Source: the human T2T-CHM13v2.0 reference genome, Homo sapiens
Length of the DNA: 64,000 bases
Assembly (NCBI RefSeq): GCF_009914755.1
Contig: NC_060948.1
Direction: 5' to 3' (one strand)
Part shown: positions 21,666 to 43,440 of the stretch, one piece after another
Numbering within the stretch: position 1 is the stretch's first letter
Layout: every line of letters begins with the position of its first letter
Position numbers and translations under genes: made by a program
The notes under the pieces: generated by a model
Told to the model about the DNA's origin: nothing
Databases searched by the model: none
Seen by the model: the letters and a program-made list of their open reading frames with translations, nothing else

Positions 21666-23770
21666 AGATCCATATTTTTTAAATGAAAAAAAATTTCAAA
21701 GTTACTCTGCTTGGTACAATAATCAAATGTATAAACTGAGGAATAAAACATAACCATGAAACCTACTTATAACTGCATATGGAAAATACAGAGGATAATT
21801 TTTTAAATAACATATTTTGAAAGCCTTAACTAGTAATTTGAAGAGCTGGCATTTGAAAGGCCAGTATGAATATACCTTCAAAGCAGCAACACAGGTTCCC
21901 CATGAGAAAAAGCAAACACAGGGAAAATAAAAACACAAAGGTTCAATCTCTTCTGACCTTTGAAAGACACAGCACAGACAGTGGTACTTAGGACGAAGAG
22001 CAGGAGACCCGTAATTCCGTCACCATGGCGATAGGGCATAAACATTGCTGGGTGAGGGCAAAATCCACATTGTGAGGTCCAACTGCTGCCAGGAAGACAG
22101 GAGTGCTTTTACATAGACCGAAAGGTCATTGAAGGCTCAGAGTTTTGTTTCAAGAACTGAATCCCAAGCCCACACGTTATTAGGCTGCGCTTCTTAAAGC
22201 AAGTTATGAGATGGGAAAAAGGGCACCCACAAACATACGTATACATTATGTATATAATAATATACAGTATCATATATATAATATATATAACCTATGTATA
22301 ATATTGTTTTACATCCTGCATCTTATGTTATATATATTGTATAAAATATAATAATTGATAATATATAAGTTTTATAATTATACAATATGACATATAGTAT
22401 ATATTATAATTTATGACATATATAATATATGTTATATATCATATATAGAATATATTATACGGTTAATATACGTATTAAATATAAATTATACATTATATAT
22501 ATTATATATAATATATCTGTTATATATAATACCCATTATGCATAATATATATATTATGTCTATGTTATATATAGTATAAAACAACATATAATAATATATA
22601 ATTGTATATATAAAATGCGACATATAATATATATTATATTTTATAACATATGTAATATATATTATATATTATATATAATACGTTCTATGTATAATACCTA
22701 TATTAAATACATATTATATTACTATGTTATTAATTACATGTCACATGTGTTATATATTATATATTTTACATAGAATATACCGGTTACATACAATATATAC
22801 TATGTTACCTATAATGTATAATTTATTACATGTAAAATAAAGAATGCAATATATTATGTAAAATTTATAATATACCATACGTGGAATGTGATATATATAA
22901 CATATAATATATGATATATGATATACAGTATATGATATATAACATACAATATATGATTCCTAATATATATGGTATACAATATATATTTTATGATATGTAT
23001 TCTATATGTTTTATATTCTGTTATATATAACTATTTGAAATTATATATAACTGTATAATATTGCATGTAAATATGTAATATAATATATATAACTATATAA
23101 TATATTATATATAACTATATATTATGTTATATATACTTTTATAACATAATTTACATAAAATATCATAATATAATATATATTATATTATTTCATATTACAT
23201 AATATATATTACATATCACCCAATATAACTAACATACATAATATTATAATATAGATTATATTATGTTATATTAAATATCATATATATCATGTATCATATA
23301 TTCTATAATATATATTACACATTATATAATATGTATGTTGTCTATTATGTGATATATATAACTATATATATAATTATATTTTTATACATATAACTAGATA
23401 AACATGTAATTCTACATATTTTCATTTATAATATGTAGAATTATATAATCATATATAATTATTTATATTCTATAAAAAATTTTATCATTATATAAATTAT
23501 AATATATAAAAATTATAATATGTACTACAAATATATATATTATATATCATATATGATATAGTACCTTTGTTATATATCATAGTACATATAAATGTGTATT
23601 ATGTTATCTATAATTATATAATTTCATATATAAGATGTATAATATGTATCATATATTATATATGTTATGTAATATATATAGTATATATAAGATGACACAG
23701 GATAAATATTATATACTATGACATATAAAATATATGAGGTTATATGTTACATATAAGGCATAGCACATAA

Positions 23771-24085
<315 letters not shown>

Positions 24086-26190
24086 AGATCCATATTTTTT
24101 AAATGAAAAAAAATTTCAAAGGTACTCTGCTTGGTACAATAATCAAATGTATAAACTGAGGAATAAAACATAACCATGAAACCTACTTATAACTGCATAT
24201 GGAAAATACAGAGGATAATTTTTTAAATAACATATTTTGAAAGCCTTAACTAGTAATTTGAAGAGCTGGCATTTGAAAGGCCAGTATGAATATACCTTCA
24301 AAGCAGCAACACAGGTTCCCCATGAGAAAAAGCAAACACAGGGAAAATAAAAACACAAAGGTTCAATCTCTTCTGACCTTTGAAAGACACAGCACAGACA
24401 GTGGTCCTTAGGACGAAGAGCAGGAGACCCCTAATTCCGTCACCATGGCGATAGGGCATAAACATTGCTGGGTGAGGGCACAATCCACATTGTGAGGTCC
24501 AACTGCTGCCAGGAAGACAGGAGTGCTGTTACATAGACCGAAAGGTCATTGAAGGCTCAGAGTTTTGTTTCAAGAACTGAATCCCAAGCCCACACGTTAT
24601 TAGGCTGCGCTTCTTAAAACAAGTTATGAGATGGGAAAAAGGGCACCCACAAACATACGTATACATTATGTATATAATAATATACAGTATCATATATATA
24701 ATATATATAACCTATGTATAATATTGTTTTACATCCTGCATCTTATGTTATATATATTGTATAAAATATAATAATTGATAATATATAAGTTTTATAATTA
24801 TACAATATGACATATAGTATATATTATAATTTAAGACATATATAATGTATGTTATATATCATATATAGAATATATTATACGGTTAATATACGTATTAAAT
24901 ATAAATTATACATTATATATATTATATATAATATATCTGTTATATATAATACCCATTATGCATAATATATATATTATGTCTATGTTATATATAGTATAAA
25001 ACAACATATAATAATATATAATTGTATATATAAAATGCGACATATAATATATATTATATTTTATAACATATGTAATATATATTATATATTATATATAATA
25101 CGTTGTATGTATAATACCTTTATTAAATATATGTTATATGACTATGTTATTAATTACATGTCACATGTGTTATATATTATATATTTTACATAGAATATAC
25201 CGGTTACATACAATATATACTATGTTACCTATAATGTATAATTTATTACATGTAAAATAAAGAATGCAATATATTATGTATAATTTATAATATACCATAT
25301 GTGGAATGTGATATATATAACATATAATATATGATATATGATATACAGTATATGATATATAACATACAATATATGATTCCTAATATATATGGTATACAAT
25401 ATATATTTTATGATATGTATTCTATATGTTTTATATTCTGTTATATATAACTATTTGAAATTATATATAAATGTATAACATTTTATGTAAATATGTAATA
25501 TAATATATATAACTATATAATATATTATATATAACTATATATTATGTTATATATACTTTTATAACATAATTTACATAAAATATCATAATATAATATATAT
25601 TATATTATTTCATATTACATGATATATATTACATATCACCCAATATAACTAACATACATAATATTGTAATATAGATTATATTATGTTATATTAAATATCA
25701 TATATATCATGTATCATATATTCTATAATATATATTACACATTATATAATATGTATGTTGTCTATTATGTGATATATATAACTATATATATAATTATATT
25801 TTTATACATATAACTAGATAAACATGTAATTCTACATATTTTCATTTATAATATGTAGAATTATATAATCATATATAATTATTTATATTCTATAAATAAT
25901 TTTATCATTATATAAATTATAATATATAAAAATTATAATATGTACTACAAATATATATATTATATATCATATATGATATAGTACCTTTGTTATATATCAT
26001 AATACATATAAATGTGTATTATGTTATCTATAATTATATAATTTCATATATAAGATGTATAATATGTATCATATATTATATATGTTATGTAATATATATA
26101 GTATATATAAGATGACACATGATAAATATTGTATACTATGACATATAAAATATATCAGGTTATATGTTACATATAAGGCATAGCACATAA

Positions 26191-26505
<315 letters not shown>

Positions 26506-28608
26506 AGATCCATATTTTTTAAATGAAAAAAAATTTCAAAGGTACTCTGCTTGGTACAATAATCAAATGTATAAACTGAGGAATAAAACATAACCATGAA
26601 ACCTACTTATAACTGCATATGGAAAATACAGAGGATAATTTTTTAAATAACATATTTTGAAAGCCTTAACTAGTAATTTGAAGAGCTGGCATTTGAAAGG
26701 CCAGTATGAATATACCTTCAAAGCAGCAACACAGGTTCCCCATGAGAAAAAGCAAACACAGGGAAAATAAAAACACAAAGGTTCAATCTCTTCTGACCTT
26801 TGAAAGACACAGCACAGACAGTGGTCCTTAGGACGAAGAGCAGGAGACCCCTAATTCCGTCACCATGGCGATAGGGCATAAACATTGCTGGGTGAGGGCA
26901 CAATCCACATTGTGAGGTCCAACTGCTGCCAGGAAGACAGGAGTGCTTTTACATAGACCGAAAGGTCATTGAAGGCTCAGAGTTTTGTTTCAAGAACTGA
27001 ATCCCAAGCCCACACGTTATTAGGCTGCGCTTCTTAAAACAAGTTATGAGATGGGAAAAAGGGCACCCACAAACATACGTATACATTATGTATATAATAA
27101 TATACAGTATCATATATATAATATATATAACCTATGTATAATATTGTTTTACATCCTGCATCTTATGTTATATATATTGTATAAAATATAATAATTGATA
27201 ATATATAAGTTTTATAATTATACAATATGACATATAGTATATATTATAATTTAAGACATATATAATATATGTTATATATCATATATAGAATATATTATAC
27301 GGTTAATATACGTATTAAATATAAATTATACATTATATATATTATATATAATATATCTGTTATATATAATACCCATTATGCATAATATATATATTATGTC
27401 TATGTTATATATAGTATAAAACAACATATAATAATATATAATTGTATATATAAAATGTGACATATAATATATATTATATTTTATAACATATGTAATATAT
27501 ATTATATATTATATATAATACGTTGTATGTATAATACCTTTATTAAATATACGTTATATGACTATGGTATTAATTACATGTCACATGTGTTATATATTAT
27601 ATATTTTACATAGAATATACCGGTTACATACAATATATACTATGTTACCTATAATGTATAATTTATTACATGTAAAATAAAGAATGCAATATATTATGTA
27701 TAATTTATAATATACCATATGTGGAATGTGATATATATAACATATAATATATGATATATGATATACAGTATATGATATATAACATACAATATATGATTCC
27801 TAATATATATGGTATACAATATATATTTTATGATATGTATTCTATATGTTTTATATTCTGTTATATATAACTATTTGAAATTATATATAAATGTATAATA
27901 TTTTATGTAAATATGTAATATAATATATATAACTATATAATATATTATATATAACTATATATTATGTTATATATACTTTTATAACATAATTTACATAAAA
28001 TATCATAATATAATATATATTATATTATTTCATATTACATAATATATATTACATATCACCCAATATAACTAACATACATAATATTGTAATATAGATTATA
28101 TTATGTTATATTAAATATCATATATATCATGTATCATATATTCTATAATATATATTACACATTATATAATATGTATGTTGTCTATTATGTGATATATATA
28201 ACTATATATAATTATATTTTTATACATATAACTAGATAAACATGTAATTCTACATATTTTCATTTATAATATGTAGAATTATATAATCATATATAATTAT
28301 TTATATTCTATAAATAATTTTATCATTATATAAATTATAATATATAGAAATTATAATATGTACTACAAATATATATATTATATATCATATATGATATAGT
28401 ACCTTTGTTATATTTCATAATACATATAAATGTGTATTATGTTATCTATAATTATATAATTTCATTTATAAGATGTATAATATGTATCATATATTATATA
28501 TGTTATGTAATATATATAGTATATATAAGATGACACAGGATAAATATTATATACTATGACATATAAAATATATGAGGTTATATGTTACATATAAGGCATA
28601 GCACATAA

Positions 28609-28923
<315 letters not shown>

Positions 28924-31028
28924 AGATCCATATTTTTTAAATGAAAAAAAATTTCAAAGGTACTCTGCTTGGTACAATAATCAAATGTATAAACTGAGGA
29001 ATACAACATAACCATGAAACCTACTTATAACTGCATATGGAAAATACAGAGGATAATTTTTTAAATAACATATTTTGAAAGCCTTAACTAGTAATTTGAA
29101 GAGTTGGCATTTGAAAGGCCAGTATGAATATACCTTCAAAGCAGCAACACAGGTTCCCCATGAGAAAAAGCAAACACAGGGAAAATAAAAACACAAAGGT
29201 TCAATCTCTTCTGACCTTTGAAAGACACAGCACAGACAGTGGTCCTTAGGACGAAGAGCAGGAGACCCCTAATTCCGTCACCATGGCGATAGGGCATAAA
29301 CATTGCTGGGTGAGGGCACAATCCACATTGTGAGGTCCAACTGCTGCCAGGAAGACAGGAGTGCTTTTACATAGACCGAAAGGTCATTGAAGGCTCAGAG
29401 TTTTGTTTCAAGAACTGAATCCCAAGCCCACACGTTATTAGGCTGCGCTTCTTAAAGCAAGTTATGAGATGGGAAAAAGGGCACCCACAAACATACGTAT
29501 ACATTATGTATATAATAATATACAGTATCATATATATAATATATATAACCTATGTATAATATTGTTTTACATCCTGCATCTTATGTTATATATATTGTAT
29601 AAAATATAATAATTGATAATATATAAGTTTTATAATTATACAATATGACATATAGTATATATTATAATTTATGACATATATAATATATGTTATATATCAT
29701 ATATAGAATATATTATACGGTTAATATACGTATTAAATATAAATTATACATTATATATATTATATATAATATATCTGTTATATATAATACCCATTATGCA
29801 TAATATATATATTATGTCTATGTTATATATAGTATAAAACAACATATAATAATATATAATTGTATATATAAAATGCGACATATAATATATATTATATTTT
29901 ATAACATATGTAATATATATTATATATTATATATAATACGTTCTATCTATAATACCTATATTAAATACATATTATATGACTATGTTATTAATTACATGTC
30001 ACATGTGTTATATATTATATATTTTACATAGAATATACCGGTTACATACAATATATACTATGTTACCTATAATGTATAATTTATTACATGTAAAATAAAG
30101 AATGCAATATATTATGTAAAATTTATAATATACCATACGTGGAATGTGATATATATAACATATAATATATGATATATGATATACAGTATATGATATATAA
30201 CATACAATATATGATTCCTAATATATATGGTATACAATATATATTTTATGATATGTATTCTATATGTTTTATATTCTGTTATATATAACTATTTGAAATT
30301 ATATATAACTGTATAATATTGCATGTAAATATGTAATATAATATATATAACTATATAATATATTATATATAACTATATATTATGTTATATATACTTTTAT
30401 AACATAATTTACATAAAATATCATAATATAATATATATTATATTATTTCATATTACATAATATATATTACATATCACCCAATATAACTAACATACATAAT
30501 ATTATAATATAGATTATATTATGTTATATTAAATATCATATATATCATGTATCATATATTCTATAATATATATTACACATTATATAATATGTATGTTGTC
30601 TATTATGTGATATATATAACTATATATATAATTATATTTTTATACATATAACTAGATAAACATGTAATTCTACATATTTTCATTTATAATATGTAGAATT
30701 ATATAATCATATATAATTATTTATATTCTATAAAAAATTTTATCATTATATAAATTATAATATATAAAAATTATAATATGTACTACAAATATATATATTA
30801 TATATCATATATGATATAGTACCTTTGTTATATATCATAGTACATATAAATGTGTATTATGTTATCTATAATTATATAATTTCATATATAAGATGTATAA
30901 TATGTATCATATATTATATATGTTATGTAATATATATAGTATATATAAGATGACACAGGATAAATATTATATACTATGACATATAAAATATATGAGGTTA
31001 TATGTTACATATAAGGCATAGCACATAA

Positions 31029-31343
<315 letters not shown>

Positions 31344-33446
31344 AGATCCATATTTTTTAAATGAAAAAAAATTTCAAAGGTACTCTGCTTGGTACAATAA
31401 TCAAATGTATAAACTGAGGAATAAAACATAACCATGAAACCTACTTATAACTGCATATGGAAAATACAGAGGATAATTTTTTAAATAACATATTTTGAAA
31501 GCCTTAACTAGTAATTTGAAGAGCTGGCATTTGAAAGGCCAGTATGAATATACCTTCAAAGCAGCAACACAGGTTCCCCATGAGAAAAAGCAAACACAGG
31601 GAAAATAAAAACACAAAGGTTCAATCTCTTCTGACCTTTGAAAGACACAGCACAGACAGTGGTCCTTAGGACGAAGAGCAGGAGACCCCTAATTCCGTCA
31701 CCATGGCGATAGGGCATAAACATTGCTGGGTGAGGGCACAATCCACATTGTGAGGTCCAACTGCTGCCAGGAAGACAGGAGTGCTGTTACATAGACCGAA
31801 AGGTCATTGAAGGCTCAGAGTTTTGTTTCAAGAACTGAATCCCAAGCCCACACGTTATTAGGCTGCGCTTCTTAAAACAAGTTATGAGATGGGAAAAAGG
31901 GCACCCACAAACATACGTATACATTATGTATATAATAATATACAGTATCATATATATAATATATATAACCTATGTATAATATTGTTTTACATCCTGCATC
32001 TTATGTTATATATATTGTATAAAATATAATAATTGATAATATATAAGTTTTATAATTATACAATATGACATATAGTATATATTATAATTTAAGACATATA
32101 TAATATATGTTATATATCATATATAGAATATATTATACGGTTAATATACGTATTAAATATAAATTATACATTATATATATTATATATAATATATCTGTTA
32201 TATATAATACCCATTATGCATAATATATATATTATGTCTATGTTATATATAGTATAAAACAACATATAATAATATATAATTGTATATATAAAATGCGACA
32301 TATAATATATATTATATTTTATAACATATGTAATATATATTATATATTATATATAATACGTTGTATGTATAATACCTTTATTAAATATATGTTATATGAC
32401 TATGTTATTAATTACATGTCACATGTGTTATATATTATATATTTTACATAGAATATACCGGTTACATACAATATATACTATGTTACCTATAATGTATAAT
32501 TTATTACATGTAAAATAAAGAATGCAATATATTATGTATAATTTATAATATACCATATGTGGAATGTGATATATATAACATATAATATATGATATATGAT
32601 ATACAGTATATGATATATAACATACAATATATGATTCCTAATATATATGGTATACAATATATATTTTATGATATGTATTCTATATGTTTTATATTCTGTT
32701 ATATATAACTATTTGAAATTATATATAAATGTATAACATTTTATGTAAATATGTAATATAATATATATAACTATATAATATATTATATATAACTATATAT
32801 TATGTTATATATACTTTTATAACATAATTTACATAAAATATCATAATATAATATATATTATATTATTTCATATTACATAATATATATTACATATCACCCA
32901 ATATAACTAACATACATAATATTGTAATATAGATTATATTATGTTATATTAAATATCATATATATCATGTATCATATATTCTATAATATATATTACACAT
33001 TATATAATATGTATGTTGTCTATTATGTGATATATATAACTATATATAATTATATTTTTATACATATAACTAGATAAACATGTAATTCTACATATTTTCA
33101 TTTATAATATGTAGAATTATATAATCATATATAATTATTTATATTCTATAAATAATTTTATCATTATATAAATTATAATATATAAAAATTATAATATGTA
33201 CTACAAATATATATATTATATATCATATATGATATAGTACCTTTGTTATATATCATAATACATATAAATGTGTATTATGTTATCTATAATTATATAATTT
33301 CATATATAAGATGTATAATATGTATCATATATTATATATGTTATGTAATATATATAGTATATATAAGATGACACATGATAAATATTGTATACTATGACAT
33401 ATAAAATATATCAGGTTATATGTTACATATAAGGCATAGCACATAA

Positions 33447-33761
<315 letters not shown>

Positions 33762-35865
33762 AGATCCATATTTTTTAAATGAAAAAAAATTTCAAAGTTA
33801 CTCTGCTTGGTACAATAATCAAATGTATAAACTGAGGAATAAAACATAACCATGAAACCTACTTATAACTGCATATGGAAAATACAGAGGATAATTTTTT
33901 AAATAACATATTTTGAAAGCCTTAACTAGTAATTTGAAGAGCTGGCATTTGAAAGGCCAGTATGAATATACCTTCAAAGCAGCAACACAGGTTCCCCATG
34001 AGAAAAAGCAAACACAGGGAAAATAAAGACACAAAGGTTCAATCTCTTCTGACCTTTGAAAGACACAGCACAGACAGTGGTCCTTAGGACGAAGAGCAGG
34101 AGACCCCTAATTCCGTCACCATGGCGATAGGGCATAAACATTGCTGGGTGAGGGCACAATCCACATTGTGAGGTCCAACTGCTGCCAGGAAGACAGGAGT
34201 GCTTTTACATAGACCGAAAGGTCATTGAAGGCTCAGAGTTTTGTTTCAAGAACTGAATCCCAAGCCCACACGTTATTAGGCTGCGCTTCTTAAAACAAGT
34301 TATGAGATGGGAAAAAGGGCACCCACAAACATACGTATACATTATGTATATAATAATATACAGTATCATATATATAATATATATAACCTATGTATAATAT
34401 TGTTTTACATCCTGCATCTTATGTTATATATATTGTATAAAATATAATAATTGATAATATATAAGTTTTATAATTATACAATATGACATATAGTATATAT
34501 TATAATTTATGACATATATAATATATGTTATATGTCATATATAGAATATATTATACGGTTAATATACGTATTAAATATAAATTATACATTATATATATTA
34601 TATATAATATATCTGTTATATATAATACCCATTATGCATAATATATATATTATGTCTATGTTATATATAGTATAAAACAACATATAATAATATATAATTG
34701 TATATATAAAATGCGACATATAATATATATTATATTTTATAACATATGTAATATATATTATATATTATATATAATACGTTGTATGTATAATACCTATATT
34801 AAATATATATTATATGACTATGTTATTAATTATATGTCACATGTGTTATATATTATATATTTTACATAGAATATACCGGTTACATACAATATATACTATG
34901 TTACCTATAATGTATAATTTATTACATGTAAAATAAGAATGCAATATATTATGTATAATTTATAATATACCATATGTGGAATGTGATATATATAACATAT
35001 AATATATGATATATGATATACAGTATATGATATATAACATACAATATATGATTCCTAATATATATGGTGTACAATATATATTTTATGATATGTATTCTAT
35101 ATGTTTTATATTCTGTTATATATAACTATTTGAAATTATATATAACTGTATAATATTTTATGTAAATATGTAATATAATATATATAACTATATAATATAT
35201 TATATATAACTATATATTATGTTATATATACTTTTATAACATAATTTACATCAAATATCATAATATAATATATATTATATTATTTCATATTACATAATAT
35301 ATATTTTATATCACCCAATATAACTAACATACATAATATTATAATATAGATTATATTATGTTATATTAAATGCCATATATATCATGTATCATATATTCTA
35401 TAATATATATTACACATTATATAATATGTATGTTGTCTATTATGTGATATATATAACTATATATATAATTATATTTTTATACATATAACTAGATAAACAT
35501 GTAATTCTACATATTTTCATTTATAATATGTAGAAATATATAATCATATATAATTATTTATATTCTATAAAAAATTTTATCATTATATAAATTATAATAT
35601 ATAAAAATTATAATATGTACTACAAATATATATATTATATATCATATATGATATAGTACCTTTGTTATATATCATAATACATATAAATGTGTATTATGTT
35701 ATCTATAATTATATAATTTCATATATAAGATGTATAATATGTATCATATATTATATATGTTATGTAATATATATAGTATATATAAGATGACACACGATAA
35801 ATATTATATACTATGACATATAAAATATATCAGGTTATATGTTACATATAAGGCATAGCACATAA

Positions 35866-36180
<315 letters not shown>

Positions 36181-38285
36181 AGATCCATATTTTTTAAATG
36201 AAAAAAAATTTCAAAGGTACTCTGCTTGGTACAATAATCAAATGTATAAACTGAGGAGTAAAACATAACCATGAAACCTACTTATAACTGCATATGGAAA
36301 ATACAGAGGATAATTTTTTAAATAACATATTTTGAAAGCCTTAACTAGTAATTTGAAGAGCTGGCATTTGAAAGGCCAGTATGAATATACCTTCAAATCA
36401 GCAACACAGGTTCCCCATGAGAAAAAGCAAACACAGGGAAAATAAAAACACAAAGGTTCAATCTCTTCTGACCTTTGAAAGACACAGCACAGACAGTGGT
36501 CCTTAGGACGAAGAGCAGGAGACCCCTAATTCCGTCACCATGGCGATAGGGCATAAACATTGCTGGGTGAGGGCACAATCCACATTGTGAGGTCCAACTG
36601 CTGCCAGGAAGACAGGAGTGCTTTTACATAGACCGAAAGGTCATTGAAGGCTCAGAGTTTTGTTTCAAGAACTGAATCCCAAGCCCACACGTTATTAGGC
36701 TGCGCTTCTTAAAACAAGTTATGAGATGGGAAAAAGGGCACCCACAAACATACGTATACATTATGTATATAATAATATACAGTGTCATATATTTAATATA
36801 TATAACCTATGTATAATATTGTTTTACATCCTGCATCTTATGTTATATATATTGTATAAAATATAATAATTGATAATATATGAGTTTTATAATTATACAA
36901 TATGACATATAGTATATATTATAATTTATGACATATATAATATATGTTATATGTCATATATAGAATATATTATACGGTTAATATACGTATTAAATATAAA
37001 TTATACATTATATATATTATATATAATATATCTGTTATATATAATACCCATTATGCATAATATATATATTATGTCTATGTTATATATAGTATAAAACAAC
37101 ATATAATAATATATAATTGTATATATAAAATGCGACATATAATATATATTATATTTTATAACATATGTAATATATATTATATATTATATATAATACGTTG
37201 TATGTATAATACCTATATTAAATATATATTATATGACTATGTTATTAATTACATGTCACATGTGTTATATATTATATAGTTTACATAGAATATACCGGTT
37301 ACATACAATATATACTATGTTACCTATAATGTATAATTTATTACATGTAAAATAAAGAATGCAATATATTATGTATAATTTATAATATACCATATGTGGA
37401 ATGTGATATATATAACATATAATATATGATATATGATATACAGTATATGATATATAACATACAATATATGATTCCTAATATATATTGTATACAATATATA
37501 TTTTATGATATGTATTCTATACGTTTTATATTCTGTTATATATAACTATTTGAAATTATATATAACTGTATAATATTTTATGTAAATATGTAATATAATA
37601 TATATAACTATATAATATATTACATATAACTATATATTATGTTATATATACTTTTATAACATAATTTACATAAAATATCATAATGTAATATATATTATAT
37701 TATTTCATATTACATAATATATATTACATATCACCCAATATAACTAACATACATAATATTATAATATAGATTATATTGTGTTATATTAAATATCATATAT
37801 ATCATGTATCATATATTCTATAATATATATTACACATTATATAATATGTATGTTGTCTATTATGTGATATATATAACTATATATATAATTATATTTTTAT
37901 ACATATAACTAGATAAACATGTAATTCTACATATTTTCATTTATAATATGTAGAATTATATAATCATATATAATTATTTATATTCTATAAAAAATTTTAT
38001 CATTATATAAATTATAATATATAAAAATTATAATATGTACTACAAATATATATATTATATATCATATATGATATAGTACCTTTGTTATATATCATAATAC
38101 ATATAAATGTGTATTATGTTATCTATAATTATATAATTTCATATATAAGATGTATAATATGTATCATATATTATATATGTTATGTAATATATATAGTATA
38201 TATAAGATGACACAGGATAAATATTATATACTATGACATATAAAATATATGAGGTTATATGTTACATATAAGGCATAGCACATAA

Positions 38286-38600
<315 letters not shown>

Positions 38601-40705
38601 AGATCCATATTTTTTAAATGAAAAAAAATTTCAAAGGTACTCTGCTTGGTACAATAATCAAATGTATAAACTGAGGAATAAAACATAACCATGAAACCTA
38701 CTTATAACTGCATATGGAAAATACAGAGGATAATTTTTTAAATAACATATTTTGAAAGCCTTAACTAGTAATTTGAAGAGTTGGCATTTGAAAGGCCAGT
38801 ATGAATATACCTTCAAAGCAGCAACACAGGTTCCCCATGAGAAAAAGCAAACACAGGGAAAATAAAAACACAAAGGTTCAATCTCTTCTGACCTTTGAAA
38901 GACACAGCACAGACAGTGGTCCTTAGGACGAAGAGCAGGAGACCCCTAATTCCGTCACCATGGCGATAGGGCATAAACATTGCTGGGTGAGGGCACAATC
39001 CACATTGTGAGGTCCAACTGCTGCCAGGAAGACAGGAGTGCTTTTACATAGACCGAAAGGTCATTGAAGGCTCAGAGTTTTGTTTCAAGAACTGAATCCC
39101 AAGCCCACACGTTATTAGGCTGCGCTTCTTAAAACAAGTTATGAGATGGGAAAAAGGGCACCCACAAACATACGTATACATTATGTATATAATAATATAC
39201 AGTATCATATATATACTATATATGACCTATGTATAATATTGTTTTACATCCTGCATCTTATGTTATATATATTGTATAAAATATAATAATTGATAATATA
39301 TAAGTTTTATAAATATACAATATGACATATAGTATATATTATAATTTATGACATATATAATATATGTTATATGTCATATATAGAATATATTATACGGTTA
39401 ATATACGTATTAAATATAAATTATACATTATATATATTATATATAATATATCTGTTATATATAATACCCATTATGCATAATATATATATTATGTCTATGT
39501 TATATATAGTATAAAACAACATATAATAATATATAATTGTATATATAAAATGCGACATATAATATATATTATATTTTATAACATATGTAATATATATTAT
39601 ATATTATATATAATACGTTGTATGTATAATACCTATATTAAATATATATTATATGACTATGTTATTAATTACATGTCACATGTGTTATATATTATATATT
39701 TTACATAGAATATACCGGTTACATACAATATATACTATGTTACCTATAATGTATAATTTATTACATGTAAAATAAAGAATGCAATATATTATGTATAATT
39801 TATAATATACCATATGTGGAATGTGATATATATAACATATAATATATGATATATGATATACAGTATATGATATATAACATACAATATATGATTCCTAATA
39901 TATATTGTATACAATATATATTTTATGATATGTATTCTATATGTTTTATATTCTGTTATATATAACTATTTGAAATTATATATAACTGTATAATATTTTA
40001 TGTAAATATGTAATATAATATATATAACTATATAATATATTACATATAACTATATATTATGTTATATATACTTTTATAACATAATTTACATAAAATATCA
40101 TAATGTAATATATATTATATTATTTCATATTACATAATATATATTACATATCACCCAATATAACTAACATACATAATATTATAATATAGATTATATTGTG
40201 TTATATTAAATATCATATATATCATGTATCATATATTCTATAATATATATTACACATTATATAATATGTATGTTGTCTATTATGTGATATATATAACTAT
40301 ATATATAATTATATTTTTATACATATAACTAGATAAACATGTAATTCTACATATTTTCATTTATAATATGTAGAATTATATAATCATATATAATTATTTA
40401 TATTCTATAAAAAATTTTATCATTATATAAATTATAATATATAAAAATTATAATATGTACTACAAATATATATATTATATATCATATATGATATAGTACC
40501 TTTGTTATATATCATAATACATATAAATGTGTATTATGTTATCTATAATTATATAATTTCATATATAAGATGTATAATATGTATCATATATTATATATGT
40601 TATGTAATATATATAGTATATATAAGATGACACAGGATAAATATTATATACTATGACATATAAAATATATGAGGTTATATGTTACATATAAGGCATAGCA
40701 CATAA

Positions 40706-41020
<315 letters not shown>

Positions 41021-43125
41021 AGATCCATATTTTTTAAATGAAAAAAAATTTCAAACGTACTCTGCTTGGTACAATAATCAAATGTATAAACTGAGGAATA
41101 AAACATAACCATGAAACCTACTTATAACTGCATATGGAAACTACAGAGGATAATTTTTTAAATAACATATTTTGAAAGCCTTAACTAGTAATTTGAAGAG
41201 TTGGCATTTGAAAGGCCAGTATGAATATACCTTCAAAGCAGCAACACAGGTTCCCCATGAGAAAAAGCAAACACAGGGAAAATAAAAACACAAAGGTTCA
41301 ATCTCTTCTGACCTTTGAAAGACACAGCACAGACAGTGGTCCTTAGGACGAAGAGCAGGAGACCCCTAATTCCGTCACCATGGCGATAGGGCATAAACAT
41401 TGCTGGGTGAGGGCACAATCCACATTGTGAGGTCCAACTGCTGCCAGGAAGACAGGAGTGCTTTTACATAGAACGAAAGGTCATTGAAGGCTCAGAGTTT
41501 TGTTTCAAGAACTGAATCCCAAGCCCACACGTTATTAGGCTGCGCTTCTTAAAACAAGTTATGAGATGGGAAAAAGGGCACCCACAAACATACGTATACA
41601 TTATGTATATAATAATATACAGTATCATATATATAATATATATAACCTATGTATAATATTGTTTTACATTCTGCATCTTATGTTATATATATTGTATAAA
41701 ATATAATAATTGATAATATGTAAGTTTTATAATTATACAATATGACATATAGTATATATTATAATTTATGACATATATAATATACGTTATATATCATATA
41801 TAGAATATATTATACGGTTAATATACGTATTAAATATAAATTATACGTTATATATATTATATATAATATATCTGTTATATATAATACCCATTATGCATAA
41901 TATATATATTATGTCTATGTTATATATAGTATAAAACAACATATAATAATATATAATTGTATATATAAAATGCGACATATAATATATATTATATTTTATA
42001 ACATATGTAATATATATTATATATTATATATAATACGTTGTATGTATAATACCTATATTAAATATATATTATATGACTATGTTATTAATTACATGTCACA
42101 TGTGTTATATATTATATATTTTACATAGAATATACTGGTTACATACAATATATACTATGTTACCTATAATGTATAATTTATTACATGTAAAATAAAGAAT
42201 GCAATATATTATGTATAATTTATAATATACCATATGTGGAATGTGATATATATAACATATAATATATGATATATGATATACAGTATATGATATATAACAT
42301 ACGATATATGATTCCTAATATGTACGCTATACAATATATATTTTATGATATGTATTCTATATGTTTTATATTCTGTTATATATAACTATTTGAAATTATA
42401 TATAACTGTATAATATTTTATGTAAATATGTAATATAATATATATAACTATATAATATATTATATATAACTATATATTATGTTATATATACTTTTATAAC
42501 ATAATTTACATAAAATATCATAATATAATACATATTATATTATTTCATATTACATAATATATATTACATATCACCCAATATAACTAACATACATAATATT
42601 ATAATATAGATTATATTGTGTTATATTAAATATCATATATATCATGTATCATATATTCTATAATATATATTACACATTATATAATATGTATGTTGTCTAT
42701 TATGTGATATATATAACTATATATATAATTATATTTTTATACATATAACTAGATAAACATGTAATTCTACATATTTTCATTTATAATATGTAGAAATATA
42801 TAATCATATATAATTATTTATATTCTATAAAAATTTTTATCATTATATAAATTATAATATATAAAAATTATAATATGTACTACAAATATATATATTATAT
42901 ATCATATATGATATAGTACCTTTGTTATATATCATAATACATATAAATGTGTATTATGTTATCTATAATTATATAATTTCATATATAAGATGTATAATAT
43001 GTATCATATATTATATATGTTATGTAATATATATAGTATATATAAGATGACACAGGATAAATATTATATACTATGACATATAAAATATATCAGGTTATAT
43101 GTTACATATAAGGCATAGCACATAA

Positions 43126-43440
<315 letters not shown>
